From positions 1 to 59,985 of the forward strand of contig JAYVSU010000069.1 in NCBI GenBank assembly GCA_043775055.1: 59,985 nucleotides of DNA. Direction: 5' to 3'. Under the pieces are notes generated by a model that saw nothing but the letters and a program-made list of their open reading frames with translations, did not search any database and was not told where the DNA came from. The DNA comes from Polaromonas sp. (GTDB lineage Bacteria > Pseudomonadota > Gammaproteobacteria > Burkholderiales > Burkholderiaceae_C). A program made the position numbers and the translations under genes. This document shows, in pieces, positions 7,294 through 20,408 of the stretch; the stretch's first letter is position 1, and each line of letters starts with the position of its first letter.

Positions 7294-8766
7294 TTACAAC
7301 TTAGATGTGGCGACATGCTTAAGCAAATCGACCACAGATGCGTTCATCACATCAGTGAATGGTTTTGGATACACGCCCATCCAAAGCACAGCAATAGCCA
7401 ACAAGGTCATAACCAAGAATTCGCGGCTGTTGATGTCTTTGAGTTCTTTGACATGGTCATTGGCAACAGGGCCCAAGTAAACACGTTTGAACATCCACAA
7501 GGTATATGCAGCGCCGAAAATCAAAGCGGTGGCTGCAGCGAAACCGAGCCAGAAGTTAACTTTAATAGCGCCCAAGATAACCATCCACTCGCCTACAAAA
7601 CCGGCAGTTCCAGGTAAGCCGCAGTTAGCCATTGAAAATAACAAGGCAAAAGCTGCAAACTTGGGCATGGTATTGACGACGCCACCGTAACTGGCAATTT
7701 CGCGGGAATGCATGCGGTCATATAAAACACCGATGCTCAGGAACATAGCACCTGAGACGAAACCGTGCGCAATCATTTGCACCAAGCCACCGGCAACGCC
7801 TAAATCATTAAATATATAAAAACCTAAGGTCACAAAGCCCATGTGTGCTACTGATGAATAAGCCACCAGTTTTTTCATGTCTTGCTGCACCATAGCGACC
7901 AAACCGACGTAAATCACAGCAATCAATGACAACGCAATCATGAGCCAAGCCCATTCACGAGCTGCATCTGGCGCGATAGGCATCGAGAAACGCAAAAAGC
8001 CATAAGCGCCAAGCTTCAACATGATTGCTGCAAGCACAGCTGATCCACCTGTTGGTGCTTCAACGTGAACGTCAGGCAACCACGTGTGAACGGGCCACAT
8101 CGGTACTTTGACAGCAAACGCTGAGAAGAAGGCAAAAAATAACAAGGTCTGCGCTGTACCACTCAATGGTAATTTGTGCCAAACCGACAGGTCAAAACTG
8201 CCGCCTGATTTAGAGTACAAATAAATCAGTGCGATCAGCATGAGTAATGAGCCGAGCAAGGTATATAAGAAAAACTTGAAGGCGGCATAAATTTTGTTTG
8301 GACCACCCCATATGCCGATGATCAGATACATCGGAATCAAAGTTGCCTCAAAGAAAACATAGAACAGCAAGCCATCTAAAGCGCAAAACACACCAATCAT
8401 CAGCCCGCTCAATATCATGAACGCGCCCATATACTGGTTCACGCGGGCGGTGATGGACTCCCATGAAGCAATGATCACAATCACATTGATAAAAGCGGTG
8501 AGTAGCACAAACCAAAGCGAAATACCATCTACACCGAGGTGGTAGTTCACATGGAAAGCATCAATCCAGGGTGCTTTTTCAACGAATTGCATGGCGGACG
8601 TGCCAAGCTTGAAGCCGCTGTACAAAGGTAAGGTTACCAGCAAACTAATCACTGAACCAATTAAAGCGATCCAGCGGACAACCCTGGCTTGATCGTCTCG
8701 ACCAAAAGCCAGTAACACAGCACCAAAAAAAATTGGTGTCCAAATAGCAAGACTCAACAGACCCAT
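7294..8766 (-). CDS. nuoM: NADH-quinone oxidoreductase subunit M
   Basis: 490 aa antiporter-like subunit; operon position. Confidence 0.95.
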   Translation of the reverse strand: MGLLSLAIWTPIFFGAVLLAFGRDDQARVVRWIALIGSVISLLVTLPLYSGFKLGTSAMQFVEKAPWIDAFHVNYHLGVDGISLWFVLLTAFINVIVIIASWESITARVNQYMGAFMILSGLMIGVFCALDGLLFYVFFEATLIPMYLIIGIWGGPNKIYAAFKFFLYTLLGSLLMLIALIYLYSKSGGSFDLSVWHKLPLSGTAQTLLFFAFFSAFAVKVPMWPVHTWLPDVHVEAPTGGSAVLAAIMLKLGAYGFLRFSMPIAPDAAREWAWLMIALSLIAVIYVGLVAMVQQDMKKLVAYSSVAHMGFVTLGFYIFNDLGVAGGLVQMIAHGFVSGAMFLSIGVLYDRMHSREIASYGGVVNTMPKFAAFALLFSMANCGLPGTAGFVGEWMVILGAIKVNFWLGFAAATALIFGAAYTLWMFKRVYLGPVANDHVKELKDINSREFLVMTLLAIAVLWMGVYPKPFTDVMNASVVDLLKHVATSKL

Positions 8767-8779
8767 TTTCTTCTTTTCC

Positions 8780-10816
8780 TTAAGGCTTGAGCCAGACGAA
8801 GTACGTCATCAAAACGAATACACCAACAATCATTGACAGGGCATAGTGATAGAGATAGCCAGTTTGCACACGGCGCACCAAACCAGAGAATACACGCACC
8901 ACTTTCCAAGAACCGTTGACAAGTGTGCCATCAATAATAGTTTGATCGCCCACCTTCCACAGACCCAAACCTAACGCACGCGCGCCACGAGCGAGGACGT
9001 TTTCATTAAACCAATCCAAGTAGTATTTATTTTCTAGGAGGGTGTAAATAGGTTGGAAGATCCGCTTGATTGCCGTCGGCAATGCTGGATTCACCATGTA
9101 CATATAGTAAGAAGTAACCACGCCGCCCAAGGCCAACCAAAAAGGCAGCGTCTTGAATGCATGCATAGCCATCTGCCAAGCACCATGAAACTCTTCGGTC
9201 AACACCGTCATAGCGTGGTGTTTTTCTGCATTGATGAAAATAGCATCTTTGAAGAATCCACCAAATAACATCGGCTCAATCGTCAAATAGCCAATCAACA
9301 CAGATGGAATAGCCAGCAAAATCAACGGCAAGGTAACAACCCATGGTGATTCATGCGGTTTGTGATGATCATCGTGCTGCGCGTGCTCATCATGGGCGTC
9401 GTGATGAGTATCATGATGGGCTTCAGGATTTTGATCAAATCGCTCTTTGCCATGGAATACCAAGAAATACATTCGAAATGAGTAAAAGGCGGTAACAAAT
9501 ACGCCCGCCAATACTGCAAACGAAGCGAACCCAGCGCCATACAGATGACTTTCGTGAACCGCTTCAATGATGCTGTCTTTGGAGTAAAAGCCTGCGAACA
9601 ATGGCGTACCAATCAAGGCCAAAGAGCCCACCAAGGATGTGATCCAAGTGATTGGCATGTACTTGCGCAAACCACCCATCCAACGAATGTCTTGGTTGTG
9701 GTGAACGCCCATGATCACAGAGCCTGCCGCGAGAAACAACAAAGCCTTGAAAAAAGCGTGCGTCATCAAATGGAATACGGCAACTGAATAGGCAGAAGCG
9801 CCCAAAGCAACGGTCATATAACCCAATTGCGATAACGTGGAGTAAGCCACCACACGTTTGATGTCGTTTTGAATAATGCCAAGAAAGCCCATGAACAGTG
9901 CTGTAATGGCACCGATAATCATGACAAAGCTCAGGGCTGTCTCACTAAGCTCAAACAGTGGTGACATGCGCGCCACCATAAAAATACCAGCAGTCACCAT
10001 CGTTGCAGCATGAATCAAAGCTGAAATTGGTGTTGGACCTTCCATGGAATCAGGCAACCAGACATGCAAGGGAAACTGAGCGCTTTTACCCATAGCGCCG
10101 ATAAACAAACAAATGCAGATAACAGTGACCAACATCCATTCAGTACCCGGAAAGCTAATCTTAGCCAGTTCATTGGCCTTACCAAACGCCTCAGAATAAT
10201 TAAGAGTACCCGCATAGGCTGCGATCAAGCCGATACCCAAAATAAAGCCGAAATCACCTACGCGATTAACTAAAAAAGCCTTCATGTTCGCGAAGATGGC
10301 TGTTGGCTTGTTAAACCAAAATCCGATCAACAAATACGAAACTAAGCCCACGGCTTCCCAGCCAAAAAACAATTGCAGCAAGTTGTTACTCATGACAAGC
10401 ATCAACATGGAGAAGGTGAATAATGAAATATACCCAAAGAAGCGGTTATAACCTGCATCCTCTTCCATGTACCCTATGGTGTAGATATGCACCATCAGAG
10501 AGACAAAAGTTACCACGCACATCATCATCGCGGTCAAACCATCTACCAGGAAGCCAATCTCCATTTTGAGACCGCCAACCACCATCCAAGTGTAAAGCGT
10601 CTCATTAAAGCGAGCACCACCTGTTATGACGCTATTTAAGGTCATTGCAGATAACACAAAGGCTACAAAAACACCCAAAATCGTCAGCGAATGACTCAGT
10701 CGGCGGCCGATCCAATTACCACCCAAGGTAGTTCCGAAAACACCAGCCAATACCGCACCCAGCAAAGGTGCCATAGGAACTGCCAGTAAAGTCGATGCAG
10801 AAAGCGTTGCACTCAT
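8780..10816 (-). CDS. nuoL: NADH-quinone oxidoreductase subunit L
   Basis: 678 aa antiporter-like subunit with C-terminal lateral-helix region; contains a His-rich loop. Confidence 0.95.
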   Translation of the reverse strand: MSATLSASTLLAVPMAPLLGAVLAGVFGTTLGGNWIGRRLSHSLTILGVFVAFVLSAMTLNSVITGGARFNETLYTWMVVGGLKMEIGFLVDGLTAMMMCVVTFVSLMVHIYTIGYMEEDAGYNRFFGYISLFTFSMLMLVMSNNLLQLFFGWEAVGLVSYLLIGFWFNKPTAIFANMKAFLVNRVGDFGFILGIGLIAAYAGTLNYSEAFGKANELAKISFPGTEWMLVTVICICLFIGAMGKSAQFPLHVWLPDSMEGPTPISALIHAATMVTAGIFMVARMSPLFELSETALSFVMIIGAITALFMGFLGIIQNDIKRVVAYSTLSQLGYMTVALGASAYSVAVFHLMTHAFFKALLFLAAGSVIMGVHHNQDIRWMGGLRKYMPITWITSLVGSLALIGTPLFAGFYSKDSIIEAVHESHLYGAGFASFAVLAGVFVTAFYSFRMYFLVFHGKERFDQNPEAHHDTHHDAHDEHAQHDDHHKPHESPWVVTLPLILLAIPSVLIGYLTIEPMLFGGFFKDAIFINAEKHHAMTVLTEEFHGAWQMAMHAFKTLPFWLALGGVVTSYYMYMVNPALPTAIKRIFQPIYTLLENKYYLDWFNENVLARGARALGLGLWKVGDQTIIDGTLVNGSWKVVRVFSGLVRRVQTGYLYHYALSMIVGVFVLMTYFVWLKP

Positions 10817-10864
10817 TGTTCTAATCTCATTGATTCGTCTTATATTAAAGGTCTAGCTTCTAAA

Positions 10865-11173
10865 CTAGCCTTTGAGTGTGTCCAGCTCATCCACATTAAT
10901 GCTGGATTTATTCCGGAATAACAATACCAAAATAGCCAAACCGATGGCAGACTCTGCCGCCGCAACTGTCAAAATAAAGAACACAAAAATTTGACCATGC
11001 ATGTCGCCCAAATAATGTGAGAACGCCACAAAGTTGGTATTGACAGCCAAAAGCATCAACTCGATCGCCATTAACAACACAATTAAATTTTTGCGGTTCA
11101 AGAAAATACCTATGACTGATAAGGCAAACAGCATGGCACCAAGCACCAAGAAATGCCAAAGTGTTAATGTCAT
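10865..11173 (-). CDS. nuoK: NADH-quinone oxidoreductase subunit K
   Basis: 102 aa, three TM helices; operon position. Confidence 0.95.
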   Translation of the reverse strand: MTLTLWHFLVLGAMLFALSVIGIFLNRKNLIVLLMAIELMLLAVNTNFVAFSHYLGDMHGQIFVFFILTVAAAESAIGLAILVLLFRNKSSINVDELDTLKG

Positions 11174-11868
11174 GCTTTTTTCTCCAGAGTAGCGGTGGAT
11201 GATGCCAAGGCAGAAGGATCTGCGATAACTGGAGCTGGTATAGGCTGGGCTGGCTTTGTAGGTTCAAGTCGAATTATTTGCATGCGGTCACGCGCCTTGA
11301 TACGAACTTGGTCAGAAGGGCTTACGTACTTACTGTCCTTGCGTTTGCGTAATGTCAAAGCAATAGCGGCAATGATTGCGACCAGCAAGATAACAGCAGC
11401 TATTTCTAACGGATACAAATATTGTGTGTACAGCAAAATTCCTAAATCTTTGGTGTTTGAAATTTGCGAGATTTTCCCAGCATTTTGAGCCAGCGAAGTT
11501 GCAACTTTTGGTTCATCAACTATTCTGAAACCACCCATGAGAACAGCAGACATCTCAAGCGCAATCAATGCTCCGAATACAGCAATCAGCGGAAATCTTT
11601 TCCAAAAACCGACGCGAATGCTGTCAATATTAATATCCAACATCATCACCACGAATAAGAACAGTACCATCACCGCACCAACGTAGACCAACACCAATGC
11701 TATAGCTAAAAACTCCGCCTTAAGCAAAATCCAAATGCCAGCAGCTTGGAAAAAAGCTAAGACCAAATACAAGACCGCGTGAACGGGATTACGTGCCGTA
11801 ATCACGCGAAATGCTGCAAAGAGCATCACCGTTGCAAAAATAATAAAAAACAGAGTCTTAACGTCCAT
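11170..11868 (-). CDS. nuoJ: NADH-quinone oxidoreductase subunit J
   Basis: 232 aa membrane subunit; 4-nt overlap with nuoK. Confidence 0.9.
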   Translation of the reverse strand: MDVKTLFFIIFATVMLFAAFRVITARNPVHAVLYLVLAFFQAAGIWILLKAEFLAIALVLVYVGAVMVLFLFVVMMLDINIDSIRVGFWKRFPLIAVFGALIALEMSAVLMGGFRIVDEPKVATSLAQNAGKISQISNTKDLGILLYTQYLYPLEIAAVILLVAIIAAIALTLRKRKDSKYVSPSDQVRIKARDRMQIIRLEPTKPAQPIPAPVIADPSALASSTATLEKKA

Positions 11869-11903
11869 GAAACATTTCTTTATAAGTAATACGTGTTGTC
11901 AGC

Positions 11904-12425
11904 TCAGCGATATTTAGCATCGGCAGCACGATTGGCAGCAATTTCAGTTTCATAACGATCTCCCACCGCGAGTAGCATTTCTTTGGTGAAATACAAGTCT
12001 CCCCGCTTCTCACCGTGATACTCAAAGATGTGAGTTTCAACAATGGAATCAACGGGGCAGCTCTCTTCACAGAATCCGCAAAAAATACATTTAGTTAAAT
12101 CAATGTCATAGCGACTGGTTCGACGGCTTCCGTCTTCGCGGACATCAGACTCGATAGTAATGGCCATGGCAGGGCAAACTGCTTCACATAATTTACAAGC
12201 AATGCAGCGTTCTTCACCATTTTCATAGCGACGCAAAGCATGCAAACCACGAAAACGCGGGCTCGCAGGTGTTTTTTCCTCCGGAAACTGAATCGTAATT
12301 TTGCGCCGAAACATGTATTTGCCTGTCAGCAACATGCCTCTGAATAATTCAGCCAGCATGAAACTCGACAAAAAGTCTTTCAGTGAGAAAGGTGTACTGA
12401 TAGAAGGTGTAGCTAGATTAGACAT
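11904..12425 (-). CDS. nuoI: NADH-quinone oxidoreductase subunit I
   Basis: Two 4Fe-4S motifs [12 protein letters not shown] and [12 protein letters not shown]. Confidence 0.95.
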   Translation of the reverse strand: MSNLATPSISTPFSLKDFLSSFMLAELFRGMLLTGKYMFRRKITIQFPEEKTPASPRFRGLHALRRYENGEERCIACKLCEAVCPAMAITIESDVREDGSRRTSRYDIDLTKCIFCGFCEESCPVDSIVETHIFEYHGEKRGDLYFTKEMLLAVGDRYETEIAANRAADAKYR

Positions 12426-12435
12426 AAAACTTCAC

Positions 12436-13527
12436 TTACTTCCAAATATTCCAAGATGTCTGCATCCACGCGCCGACAACAATCAACCAAACTAAAGTAA
12501 CTGGGATGAAAATTTTCCAACCCAAACGCATGATCTGGTCATAACGGTATCGAGGAAACGTTGCACGAATCCAAATAAAAGTCGTCACTAAGAAACAGGT
12601 TTTGAGTCCTAACCAGATCCAACCGGGGATGAAATCTAAACCAGCCACAGGCGATAGCCATCCACCCAAAAACATGATGACTGCCAAAATAGAAATCAGC
12701 CACATATTGGCATACTCAGCCAAATAAAACATCGCATATGACATGCCAGAATACTCAACCATATGACCGGCCACAATTTCTGACTCACCCTCTACAACGT
12801 CAAAAGGATGGCGATTTGTTTCCGCTAAGCCAGAAATAAAGTAAACAGCAAATATAGGCAACAAAGGCAACCAATTCCATGACAAAAAATGAAGCCCCAT
12901 CGCTGAATAACTACCGTCAGTGAACAACCCTTTTGCTTGTGCAGTCACTATATCCGTCATGTTCAAGCTCGCAGATACCATAAGTACCACAACCAAACAA
13001 AACCCCATAGCAATTTCATAACTCACCATTTGCGCAGAGGCACGCATAGCTCCCAAGAAAGCATATTTGGAATTTGAAGCCCAGCCGGCGATGATCACGC
13101 CATAAACTTCCATAGATGTAATAGCCATTACAAACAACAAGCCAGCATTGATATTTGACAAAGCGATATCAGGGCCGAATGGAATTACGGCCCAAGCCGC
13201 TAGCGCCGGCATAATGGTCATAATTGGTCCAAGTAAAAACAAGCCTTTATTAGCTGCTGTTGGAATCAAAATCTCTTTGGTCAATAATTTGAGTGCGTCA
13301 GCAATAGGCTGCAAAAGGCCCAAAGGACCTACGCGGTTCGGTCCTAGTCGAATTTGAATCCAACCAATAAGCTTCCGCTCCCACAAAGTTAAGTAGGCTA
13401 CTGCTCCCATCAGTGGCAAAACCAAAACAATAATCTTGATCAAGTTCCAAACCACAGGCCAAACAATGCCAGACCACCACGTAGCAACCATCAAGTGCAA
13501 GCCAGCGTTGTAAATTGCATCAATCAT
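12436..13527 (-). CDS. nuoH: NADH-quinone oxidoreductase subunit H
   Basis: 363 aa polytopic subunit; operon position. Confidence 0.95.
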   Translation of the reverse strand: MIDAIYNAGLHLMVATWWSGIVWPVVWNLIKIIVLVLPLMGAVAYLTLWERKLIGWIQIRLGPNRVGPLGLLQPIADALKLLTKEILIPTAANKGLFLLGPIMTIMPALAAWAVIPFGPDIALSNINAGLLFVMAITSMEVYGVIIAGWASNSKYAFLGAMRASAQMVSYEIAMGFCLVVVLMVSASLNMTDIVTAQAKGLFTDGSYSAMGLHFLSWNWLPLLPIFAVYFISGLAETNRHPFDVVEGESEIVAGHMVEYSGMSYAMFYLAEYANMWLISILAVIMFLGGWLSPVAGLDFIPGWIWLGLKTCFLVTTFIWIRATFPRYRYDQIMRLGWKIFIPVTLVWLIVVGAWMQTSWNIWK

Positions 13528-15653
13528 GCAGTCACCTCAATTGCAGACGTTGACTTGGCATCGGCCGTCATTTGTAATGAACTGGCACGGCGAACCGTGC
13601 CATCCAGTTGATAAATAGATGCAACTGCAGGCACAACCAAACTCGCTGAGATATCAATACTTGCTGCGGTTGTGTTCATTAATTTATCAGCAGGCAAATG
13701 CATTAACTGTGTTTGGCCTTGCAATGCAGCCGCCAAGACATCTTGAGAGGTCTCAAACTCAAAACCTGTGATGCCCATCATGTTGGCCAATACACGCAGG
13801 ACTTTCCAAGCCGGACGCGTCTCACCCAAAGGCTTAACGACCGCATGGAAACTTTGCGGGCGCCCCTCAGCATTCACAAAAGTACCAGATGTCTCTGTAA
13901 ACGGTGAGATTGGCAACACCACATCACAAAAATCCATATTGGCTTTAAATGGACTCATGCTCACAACCATCTGAGCTTGTCCTAATGCTGCTTTAGCTTT
14001 TACGCCAGCAGCAGAGTCAAACTCAGGCTCGTTGTTTAACAGCACAACAGCTTTCAAACCACCAGCCAACATTTGACCGGCATTTAAACCATTGCTCAAA
14101 GGCTGTGCACCTACCCACTGTGCCCCCACAGTATTGGCAGATTCAGTTAAGTAACCGACAGATGCGCCAGTTTGTTCAGCAATCCAATTGGCCAATGCCA
14201 ACAAGCTTGCCGCTTTGGCATGATGTGCAACTGCATTGCCTAAAAAGATGGCTTTGCGATCACCAGAAAGTAATGCAGCAGCGATGACCTTTGCTTTATC
14301 GGTCACTGCAATTTGGCATGGTGCACTCACGCCTTTTTCAGCAGCTACAGCAGCTGCAATTTCAGCTAAAATATGCCCCCATGCGCTTGAATCCGCAACA
14401 CAGGTATGCGCAACGGGAATAGCTAAATCGTAGGCTTGCGAATGTAGCGTACTAACCACACATCCCTTACGAACGGACTGACGAATCCGCTGTGCAAAAA
14501 GTGGATGCTCTTTACGCACGTTGGAACCAACGATCAAGACGCTTTGCAAGTTAGACAAAGATGCAATACTTGTACCCAACCAACGCACATGCTCAAAGCC
14601 GGTGAATTCAGCGTGACGCAGACGGTAATCAATATTGTCACTCTGTAGACCACGCATCAAACCCGCGGCCAAATACAGCTCTTCTACTGTTGATTGTGGG
14701 CTTACCAAAGCACCCAAGCTCGCAGCGCCATGATCTGCTTTGATTTGCTTCAAACCATTTGCGACATATTCGAGAGCCGTCTGCCAATCAACTTTTTTCC
14801 ATTCGCCACCATGTTTGATCATCGGGCTGGTTAAACGATCATCAGAATTCAACGCTTCGTAGGAAAAACGATCACGATCAGCAATCCAGCACTCGTTGAC
14901 AGCCTCGTTCTCTAAAGGTACAACGCGCATGACTTTGTTGTTCTTCACCTGAACAATCAAATTTGCACCGGTTGAATCGTGAGGACTGATGGATTTACGG
15001 CGGCTCAATTCCCAAGTGCGTGAACTGTACCTGAAAGGTTTACTGGTTAAAGCGCCAACAGGACAAATATCGATCATGTTGCCGGACAACTCTGAATCAA
15101 TAGATTGCCCAATGAAGGTCTCAATTTCAGCATGCTCACCACGGTGAGACATGCCCAACTCCATAACGCCAGCAACTTCTTGTCCAAAACGAACACATCG
15201 CGTGCAATGGATGCAACGGCTCATTTCTTCCATGCTGATCAATGGGCCAACATCTTTATGAAAAACTACACGCTTTTCTTCTTCATAACGAGACGTTGAA
15301 CCACCATAACTAACAGCCAAATCTTGCAATTGGCACTCGCCGCCTTGATCGCAAATAGGGCAGTCTAAGGGGTGGTTGATCAGCAAAAACTCCATGACCG
15401 ATTGCTGCGCCTTGATAGCTTTTTCGCTCTTGGTACGAACAATCATGCCTTGCGATACCGGCGTAGCACAAGCTGGCATTGGTTTGGGCATTTTTTCAAC
15501 ATCAACTAAGCACATCCTGCAGTTTGCAGCGATGCTTAGTTTTTTGTGATAGCAAAAATGCGGAATGTAAGTACCTGCTTGCTCGGCGGCATGCATGATC
15601 ATGCTGCCTTCCAAGGTCTCTACTTTTTTGCCGTCGAGTTCAATTTCAACCAT
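13524..15653 (-). CDS. nuoG: NADH-quinone oxidoreductase subunit G
   Basis: N-terminal Fe-S motifs ([33 protein letters not shown]); start at [10 protein letters not shown] (15653); the ORF-track extension to 15698 would overlap nuoF. Confidence 0.93.
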   Translation of the reverse strand: MVEIELDGKKVETLEGSMIMHAAEQAGTYIPHFCYHKKLSIAANCRMCLVDVEKMPKPMPACATPVSQGMIVRTKSEKAIKAQQSVMEFLLINHPLDCPICDQGGECQLQDLAVSYGGSTSRYEEEKRVVFHKDVGPLISMEEMSRCIHCTRCVRFGQEVAGVMELGMSHRGEHAEIETFIGQSIDSELSGNMIDICPVGALTSKPFRYSSRTWELSRRKSISPHDSTGANLIVQVKNNKVMRVVPLENEAVNECWIADRDRFSYEALNSDDRLTSPMIKHGGEWKKVDWQTALEYVANGLKQIKADHGAASLGALVSPQSTVEELYLAAGLMRGLQSDNIDYRLRHAEFTGFEHVRWLGTSIASLSNLQSVLIVGSNVRKEHPLFAQRIRQSVRKGCVVSTLHSQAYDLAIPVAHTCVADSSAWGHILAEIAAAVAAEKGVSAPCQIAVTDKAKVIAAALLSGDRKAIFLGNAVAHHAKAASLLALANWIAEQTGASVGYLTESANTVGAQWVGAQPLSNGLNAGQMLAGGLKAVVLLNNEPEFDSAAGVKAKAALGQAQMVVSMSPFKANMDFCDVVLPISPFTETSGTFVNAEGRPQSFHAVVKPLGETRPAWKVLRVLANMMGITGFEFETSQDVLAAALQGQTQLMHLPADKLMNTTAASIDISASLVVPAVASIYQLDGTVRRASSLQMTADAKSTSAIEVTA

Positions 15654-15673
15654 GTTATTTCTACTCTGTGACC

Positions 15674-17026
15674 TTAGACGTAAGCCGGTACCATGCACGT
15701 CTTGTGATCAACGTGATAAATAAATTCTTCTCGGAAATGCTTGATCATTGCGCGCACTGGCATAGCTGCCGCATCGCCCAAAGCGCAAATTGTGCGACCT
15801 TGAATGTTGTCAGCAACGGAGTTCAGCAAATCGATGTCTGTTGCACGTCCTTCTCCATTTTCAATACGGTCCACCATACGAGACAACCAACCCGTTCCCT
15901 CGCGACATGGTGTGCATTGCCCGCAAGACTCATGCATATAAAAATAGCTCAAGCGTTGCAAACTTTTCACCATGCAACGGCTGTCATCTAAAACGATGAC
16001 CGCGCCAGAACCCAACATGGAGCCTGCTTTGGCTATCGAGTCGTAATCCATAGTGCAATCCATCATGATGGAAGCAGGCAAGATAGGCGATGATGAACCG
16101 CCAGGAATAACCGCCTTGAGTTGACGACCGCTGCGTACACCACCAGCTAATTCAAGCAATATAGCGAACGGTGTACCCATAGGTACTTCATAATTACCTG
16201 GTCTCTCCACATCACCACTGACCGAATAAATCTTAGTGCCGCCGTTATTTGGCTTGCCACAAGCCAGATAGGCAGCACCACCATTGCGAATAATCCAAGG
16301 AACAGCTGCAAATGTTTCTGTGTTGTTAATAGTCGTCGGTTTGCCGTACAAACCAAAACTAGCAGGGAATGGTGGCTTAAAGCGTGGCTGCCCTTTTTTA
16401 CCTTCAAGAGACTCCAATAATGCAGTTTCTTCACCGCAGATATAGGCCCCAAAGCCATGAGCCGCATGCAATTGGAAATTGAAGTTGCTGCCAAGGATTT
16501 TGTCACCCAATAAACCAGCTGCACGCGCTTCTTCAAGTGCTTCTTCGAAACGGTCATACGTCGCGAAAATCTCGCCGTGAATGTAGTTATAGCCGACACT
16601 GATACCCATGGCGTATGCTGCAATCGCCATACCCTCAATCACAATATGCGGATTGAATTGCATGATGTCACGATCTTTACAAGTACCTGGCTCACCTTCG
16701 TCGGAATTACAGACCAAATACTTTTGACCCGGAAATTGACGCGGCATGAAGCTCCACTTCAAACCCGTAGGAAAGCCCGCACCGCCTCGACCACGTAAAG
16801 CGGACTCTTTGACAGTCGCAATAACCTGATCTTGCGTCAGACCCTCGCCACCATCTTTAGCCAAAATTTTGCGCAGGGCTTGGTAGCCGCCACGCGCCTC
16901 ATAATCTTTGAGACGCCAGTTATTCCCATCTAAACCACCCATGATTTGAGGGTCTAAATGCCTGCCGTGAAAAGACGTTTGCAAACCAGTGGCAGCAAAC
17001 CGAGCAAGTAGGCTTGCTGCGCTCAT
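15674..17026 (-). CDS. nuoF: NADH-quinone oxidoreductase subunit F
   Basis: FMN/NADH site [19 protein letters not shown] and N3 cluster [12 protein letters not shown]; ATGA overlap with nuoE. Confidence 0.95.
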   Translation of the reverse strand: MSAASLLARFAATGLQTSFHGRHLDPQIMGGLDGNNWRLKDYEARGGYQALRKILAKDGGEGLTQDQVIATVKESALRGRGGAGFPTGLKWSFMPRQFPGQKYLVCNSDEGEPGTCKDRDIMQFNPHIVIEGMAIAAYAMGISVGYNYIHGEIFATYDRFEEALEEARAAGLLGDKILGSNFNFQLHAAHGFGAYICGEETALLESLEGKKGQPRFKPPFPASFGLYGKPTTINNTETFAAVPWIIRNGGAAYLACGKPNNGGTKIYSVSGDVERPGNYEVPMGTPFAILLELAGGVRSGRQLKAVIPGGSSSPILPASIMMDCTMDYDSIAKAGSMLGSGAVIVLDDSRCMVKSLQRLSYFYMHESCGQCTPCREGTGWLSRMVDRIENGEGRATDIDLLNSVADNIQGRTICALGDAAAMPVRAMIKHFREEFIYHVDHKTCMVPAYV

Positions 17027-17574
17027 AGCTGCCCCTTTGCTGTTGAATCGGACAACTCAGAACGCAAACCATCAACCAATTGGTCAAGCTTGTCATTCGT
17101 CATAAAACTGCACATGATGCGATCATTGACCAGCATCACCGGTGAATCCGCACAAGCACCCAAGCACTCACTTTGCTGCAAAGTGAACATGCCATCACTG
17201 GTAGTTTCACCCATCGTAATGCCCAACTTGCCTTCTAGATGCTTAAGAGCTTTACTGCCATCTCGCAACTGACAAGGCAAATTGGTGCATACATTGAGCT
17301 TGTATTGACCGCATGGTTGTTGGTTGTACATGTTGTAGAACGTGGTGACCTCATGGACAGCCATAGGAGCCATGCCCAAATAATCAGCGACAACACGCTC
17401 ATTCTCAACACTTACAAATCCAAGCTCTTGCTGAACAATAGCCAAACAAGCCATGACTGCAGACTGTTTTTGATCAGCTGGATATTTTGCGACCTCTTTG
17501 GCGAAGCGCGCTTTAGATTCTTCAGACAACATTTTGGGTTGTGCTTCAGAATGCGTTGTATGAGTAGCAACCAT
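17023..17574 (-). CDS. nuoE: NADH-quinone oxidoreductase subunit E (start uncertain: 17574 or 17532)
   Basis: 2Fe-2S cysteines (CTNLPCQ...CLGACADSP); TGATG junction with the nuoD stop; alternative MLSEES start at 17532. Confidence 0.9.
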   Translation of the reverse strand: MVATHTTHSEAQPKMLSEESKARFAKEVAKYPADQKQSAVMACLAIVQQELGFVSVENERVVADYLGMAPMAVHEVTTFYNMYNQQPCGQYKLNVCTNLPCQLRDGSKALKHLEGKLGITMGETTSDGMFTLQQSECLGACADSPVMLVNDRIMCSFMTNDKLDQLVDGLRSELSDSTAKGQL

Positions 17575-18827
17575 CACCGATCAATCTCCCCAAATACAAT
17601 ATCCATAGTGCCAATAATCGCCACAGCATCGGCAATCATGTGGCCCCTTGCTAATTCATCCATCGCAGCCAAATGTGCAAAGCCTGGTGCACGGATTTTC
17701 AAGCGGTATGGTTTGTTGGCACCATCACTCACCATGTAAATTCCGAACTCCCCCTTAGGATGCTCTACAGCCGCATAGGCTTCTCCCTCGGGTACAGAAA
17801 AACCTTCTGTGAAGAGCTTGAAGTGGTGAATCAACTCTTCCATGTTTGTTTTCATGGACTCACGGCTAGGAGACGCAACTTTATGGTTGTCAGTAATCAC
17901 TGGGCCTGGATTGACACGCAACCAATCAACGCATTGCTTGATGATGCTGTTTGATTGCTTCATCTCTTCCATACGCACCAAGTAACGATCGTAGCAATCA
18001 CCCGTTTTACCCACAGGGATATCGAAGTCCATGCGATCGTAAACGTCATAGGGTTGTTTTTTTCGCAAGTCCCACGCAACACCAGAACCACGCAACATCG
18101 GCCCCGTAAAACCTAAATTCATAGCGCGTTCAGGCGTAACAACGCCAATGCCTACGGTACGCTGCTTCCAAATTCGGTTATCTGTTAAAAGCGTGTGGTA
18201 CTCAGCCAGACTGGCTGGAAAACGTTGCGTAAAGTCATCAATGAAATCTAACAAAGACCCATTGCGATTGTGATTCAAACGCTCAATGACTTTGGCATTG
18301 CGGATTTTGCTCGCCTTAAATTGTGGCATGGTATCTGGCAAATCACGGTATACGCCACCAGGACGGAAATACGCAGCATGCATGCGCGCACCACTCACCG
18401 CTTCATACATGTCAAATAAATCTTCACGCTCGCGAAATGCATACAACAACAAAGTCATCGCCCCGCAATCCAAACCGTGCGCTCCAACCCATAACAAATG
18501 GTTCAGCATACGGGTGATTTCAGAAAACATCACACGAATGTATTGAGCCCGTAAAGGCACCTCAATACCCATCATTTTCTCTATTGCCAAGCAATAAGCA
18601 TGCTCATTGCACATCATGGACACATAATCAAGCCGATCCATGTATGGAAGCGACTGCATATAGGTCTTGCTTTCAGCCAACTTTTCAGTGGCTCGGTGCA
18701 ACAAACCAATGTGTGGATCCGCACGCTGAATCACCTCGCCATCGAGCTCAAGAACCAATCGCAACACACCATGTGCTGCTGGGTGCTGTGGCCCAAAATT
18801 GAGCGTGTAGTTTTTAATTTCTGCCAT
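17574..18827 (-). CDS. nuoD: NADH-quinone oxidoreductase subunit D
   Basis: 417 aa; [15 protein letters not shown] motif. Confidence 0.95.
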   Translation of the reverse strand: MAEIKNYTLNFGPQHPAAHGVLRLVLELDGEVIQRADPHIGLLHRATEKLAESKTYMQSLPYMDRLDYVSMMCNEHAYCLAIEKMMGIEVPLRAQYIRVMFSEITRMLNHLLWVGAHGLDCGAMTLLLYAFREREDLFDMYEAVSGARMHAAYFRPGGVYRDLPDTMPQFKASKIRNAKVIERLNHNRNGSLLDFIDDFTQRFPASLAEYHTLLTDNRIWKQRTVGIGVVTPERAMNLGFTGPMLRGSGVAWDLRKKQPYDVYDRMDFDIPVGKTGDCYDRYLVRMEEMKQSNSIIKQCVDWLRVNPGPVITDNHKVASPSRESMKTNMEELIHHFKLFTEGFSVPEGEAYAAVEHPKGEFGIYMVSDGANKPYRLKIRAPGFAHLAAMDELARGHMIADAVAIIGTMDIVFGEIDR

Positions 18828-18852
18828 ATATGCTCACTCGTCGCCAAGGCGA

Positions 18853-19461
18853 TCAGTGTTGGCCTCCATAGTTGTTTTCACGAATAATGCGTGGTGTGAT
18901 TTCGCGCGGTTCAATACTGACAGGCTGGTAAATCACGCGCTTTTGCTCGGCGTCGTAACGCATTTCCACATGCCCCGAAGTTGGGAAATCTTTACGGAAG
19001 GGATGCCCAATAAAGCCGTAATCGGTCAAAATTCGGCGTAAATCATTGTGACCTTCAAAGATGATGCCAAACAAATCAAAAGCTTCACGCTCAAACCAAT
19101 TGACAGAGCTCCACACATCACCCAAAGAAGCAACGATTGGCATATCGTCATTGGACGCAAAGACCTTGAGACGAATACGCTGATTCAAAGTCACAGACAG
19201 CAATTGTGACACCACACAGTAACGCAAGCCCTCATAGCCACCGTCTTTGTATTCTGAGTAATCAACACCACACAAATCAATCAACTGCTCAAATTGACAA
19301 CCGGGCGTATCTCGCAATAAAACAGCAGCATCTAAATAGTTGCCGGCATCGACCACGACATTGACTTCCCCCAAACTCACCACAATACTTTTGGCTTTAT
19401 CGCCCAGTACAGCATTCAAGGTGTCTTTGAGAGTTTCCGGATTTACAGCAAAAGCAGTCAT
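18853..19461 (-). CDS. nuoC: NADH-quinone oxidoreductase subunit C
   Basis: Start at [11 protein letters not shown] (ATG 19461), 14 nt after the nuoB stop; the ORF-track extension to 19674 overlaps nuoB and is rejected. Confidence 0.92.
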   Translation of the reverse strand: MTAFAVNPETLKDTLNAVLGDKAKSIVVSLGEVNVVVDAGNYLDAAVLLRDTPGCQFEQLIDLCGVDYSEYKDGGYEGLRYCVVSQLLSVTLNQRIRLKVFASNDDMPIVASLGDVWSSVNWFEREAFDLFGIIFEGHNDLRRILTDYGFIGHPFRKDFPTSGHVEMRYDAEQKRVIYQPVSIEPREITPRIIRENNYGGQH

Positions 19462-19475
19462 GGATTTGTTGAGTA

Positions 19476-19958
19476 TTAAACGCGCGCAATCGTCTGCGTA
19501 CGACGAATTTTTTGCTGCAATTGAATGATGCCGTAAAGCAAAGCTTCGGCTGTAGGCGGACAACCGGGGACATACACATCGACCGGGACAATACGATCGC
19601 AACCGCGCACGACGGAATAACTGTAGTGATAGTAACCACCGCCATTCGCGCAAGAACCCATCGAGATAACCCAACGAGGCTCACTCATCTGGTCATAAAC
19701 TTTGCGCAATGCGGGTGCCATTTTGTTGCAAAGCGTACCAGCAACAATCATCAAATCGGACTGCCGCGGGCTGGCACGGAACACTTCAGCACCAAATCGA
19801 CTGATGTCATAGCGCGCAGCGGCAGCATGCATCATCTCGACAGCACAACATGCCAAACCAAAACTCATAGGCCAAAGTGACCCTGTCTTAGCCCAATTCA
19901 CCACCGAGTCGTAACTGGTGGTCATGAAGCCTTCTTTAAAAACGCCTTCAATTGCCAT
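19476..19958 (-). CDS. nuoB: NADH-quinone oxidoreductase subunit B
   Basis: N2 cluster cysteines [29 protein letters not shown]. Confidence 0.95.
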   Translation of the reverse strand: MAIEGVFKEGFMTTSYDSVVNWAKTGSLWPMSFGLACCAVEMMHAAAARYDISRFGAEVFRASPRQSDLMIVAGTLCNKMAPALRKVYDQMSEPRWVISMGSCANGGGYYHYSYSVVRGCDRIVPVDVYVPGCPPTAEALLYGIIQLQQKIRRTQTIARV

Positions 19959-19981
19959 GTTTTATCCCAATTTGCCTGTCG

Positions 19982-20341
19982 TTATTCCCAATCCAACGCA
20001 CCCTTTTTCCACATGTAGACAAAACCTACTATCACTATAGCCAAGAAGGTCAAGACCTCTAAAAATCCGAGCAAACCAACTTCCTTAAGCGCTGCCGCCC
20101 AAGGAAAAAGAAATGCAATCTCCAAGTCAAACAAAATAAAAAGGATAGCGACCAAGTAGTAGCGTACGTCAAATTTCATACGCGCATCTTCAAACGCCTC
20201 AAAACCACACTCGTATGGTGAGTTTTTCGCTTCATTAGGTCGATTTGGGCCGAGAAGATAGCCCAATACTTGAGGAACGATGCCCACGGCAACACCAACC
20301 AAGATGAACAAGAGAACGGGAAGGTACTGATTAAGGTCCAT
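19982..20341 (-). CDS. nuoA: NADH-quinone oxidoreductase subunit A
   Basis: 119 aa, three TM helices; first gene of the operon. Confidence 0.95.
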   Translation of the reverse strand: MDLNQYLPVLLFILVGVAVGIVPQVLGYLLGPNRPNEAKNSPYECGFEAFEDARMKFDVRYYLVAILFILFDLEIAFLFPWAAALKEVGLLGFLEVLTFLAIVIVGFVYMWKKGALDWE

Positions 20342-20408
20342 CTTAGGGTTCTTTTTTTAGTTCTTGCATACGGTAAAGTATCCATAGATACCTTACACGA
20401 TCATTAAT

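Noticed and set aside
19462-19674. N-terminal 71-aa extension of the nuoC ORF in the track
   Set aside because: It overlaps the 3' part of nuoB in another frame and reads as Arg/Cys-rich nonsense. A canonical MTAFAV start lies 14 nt after the nuoB stop. The same logic removes the extensions of nuoG (15654-15698), sucA (54267-54329) and scpB (41896-41943).
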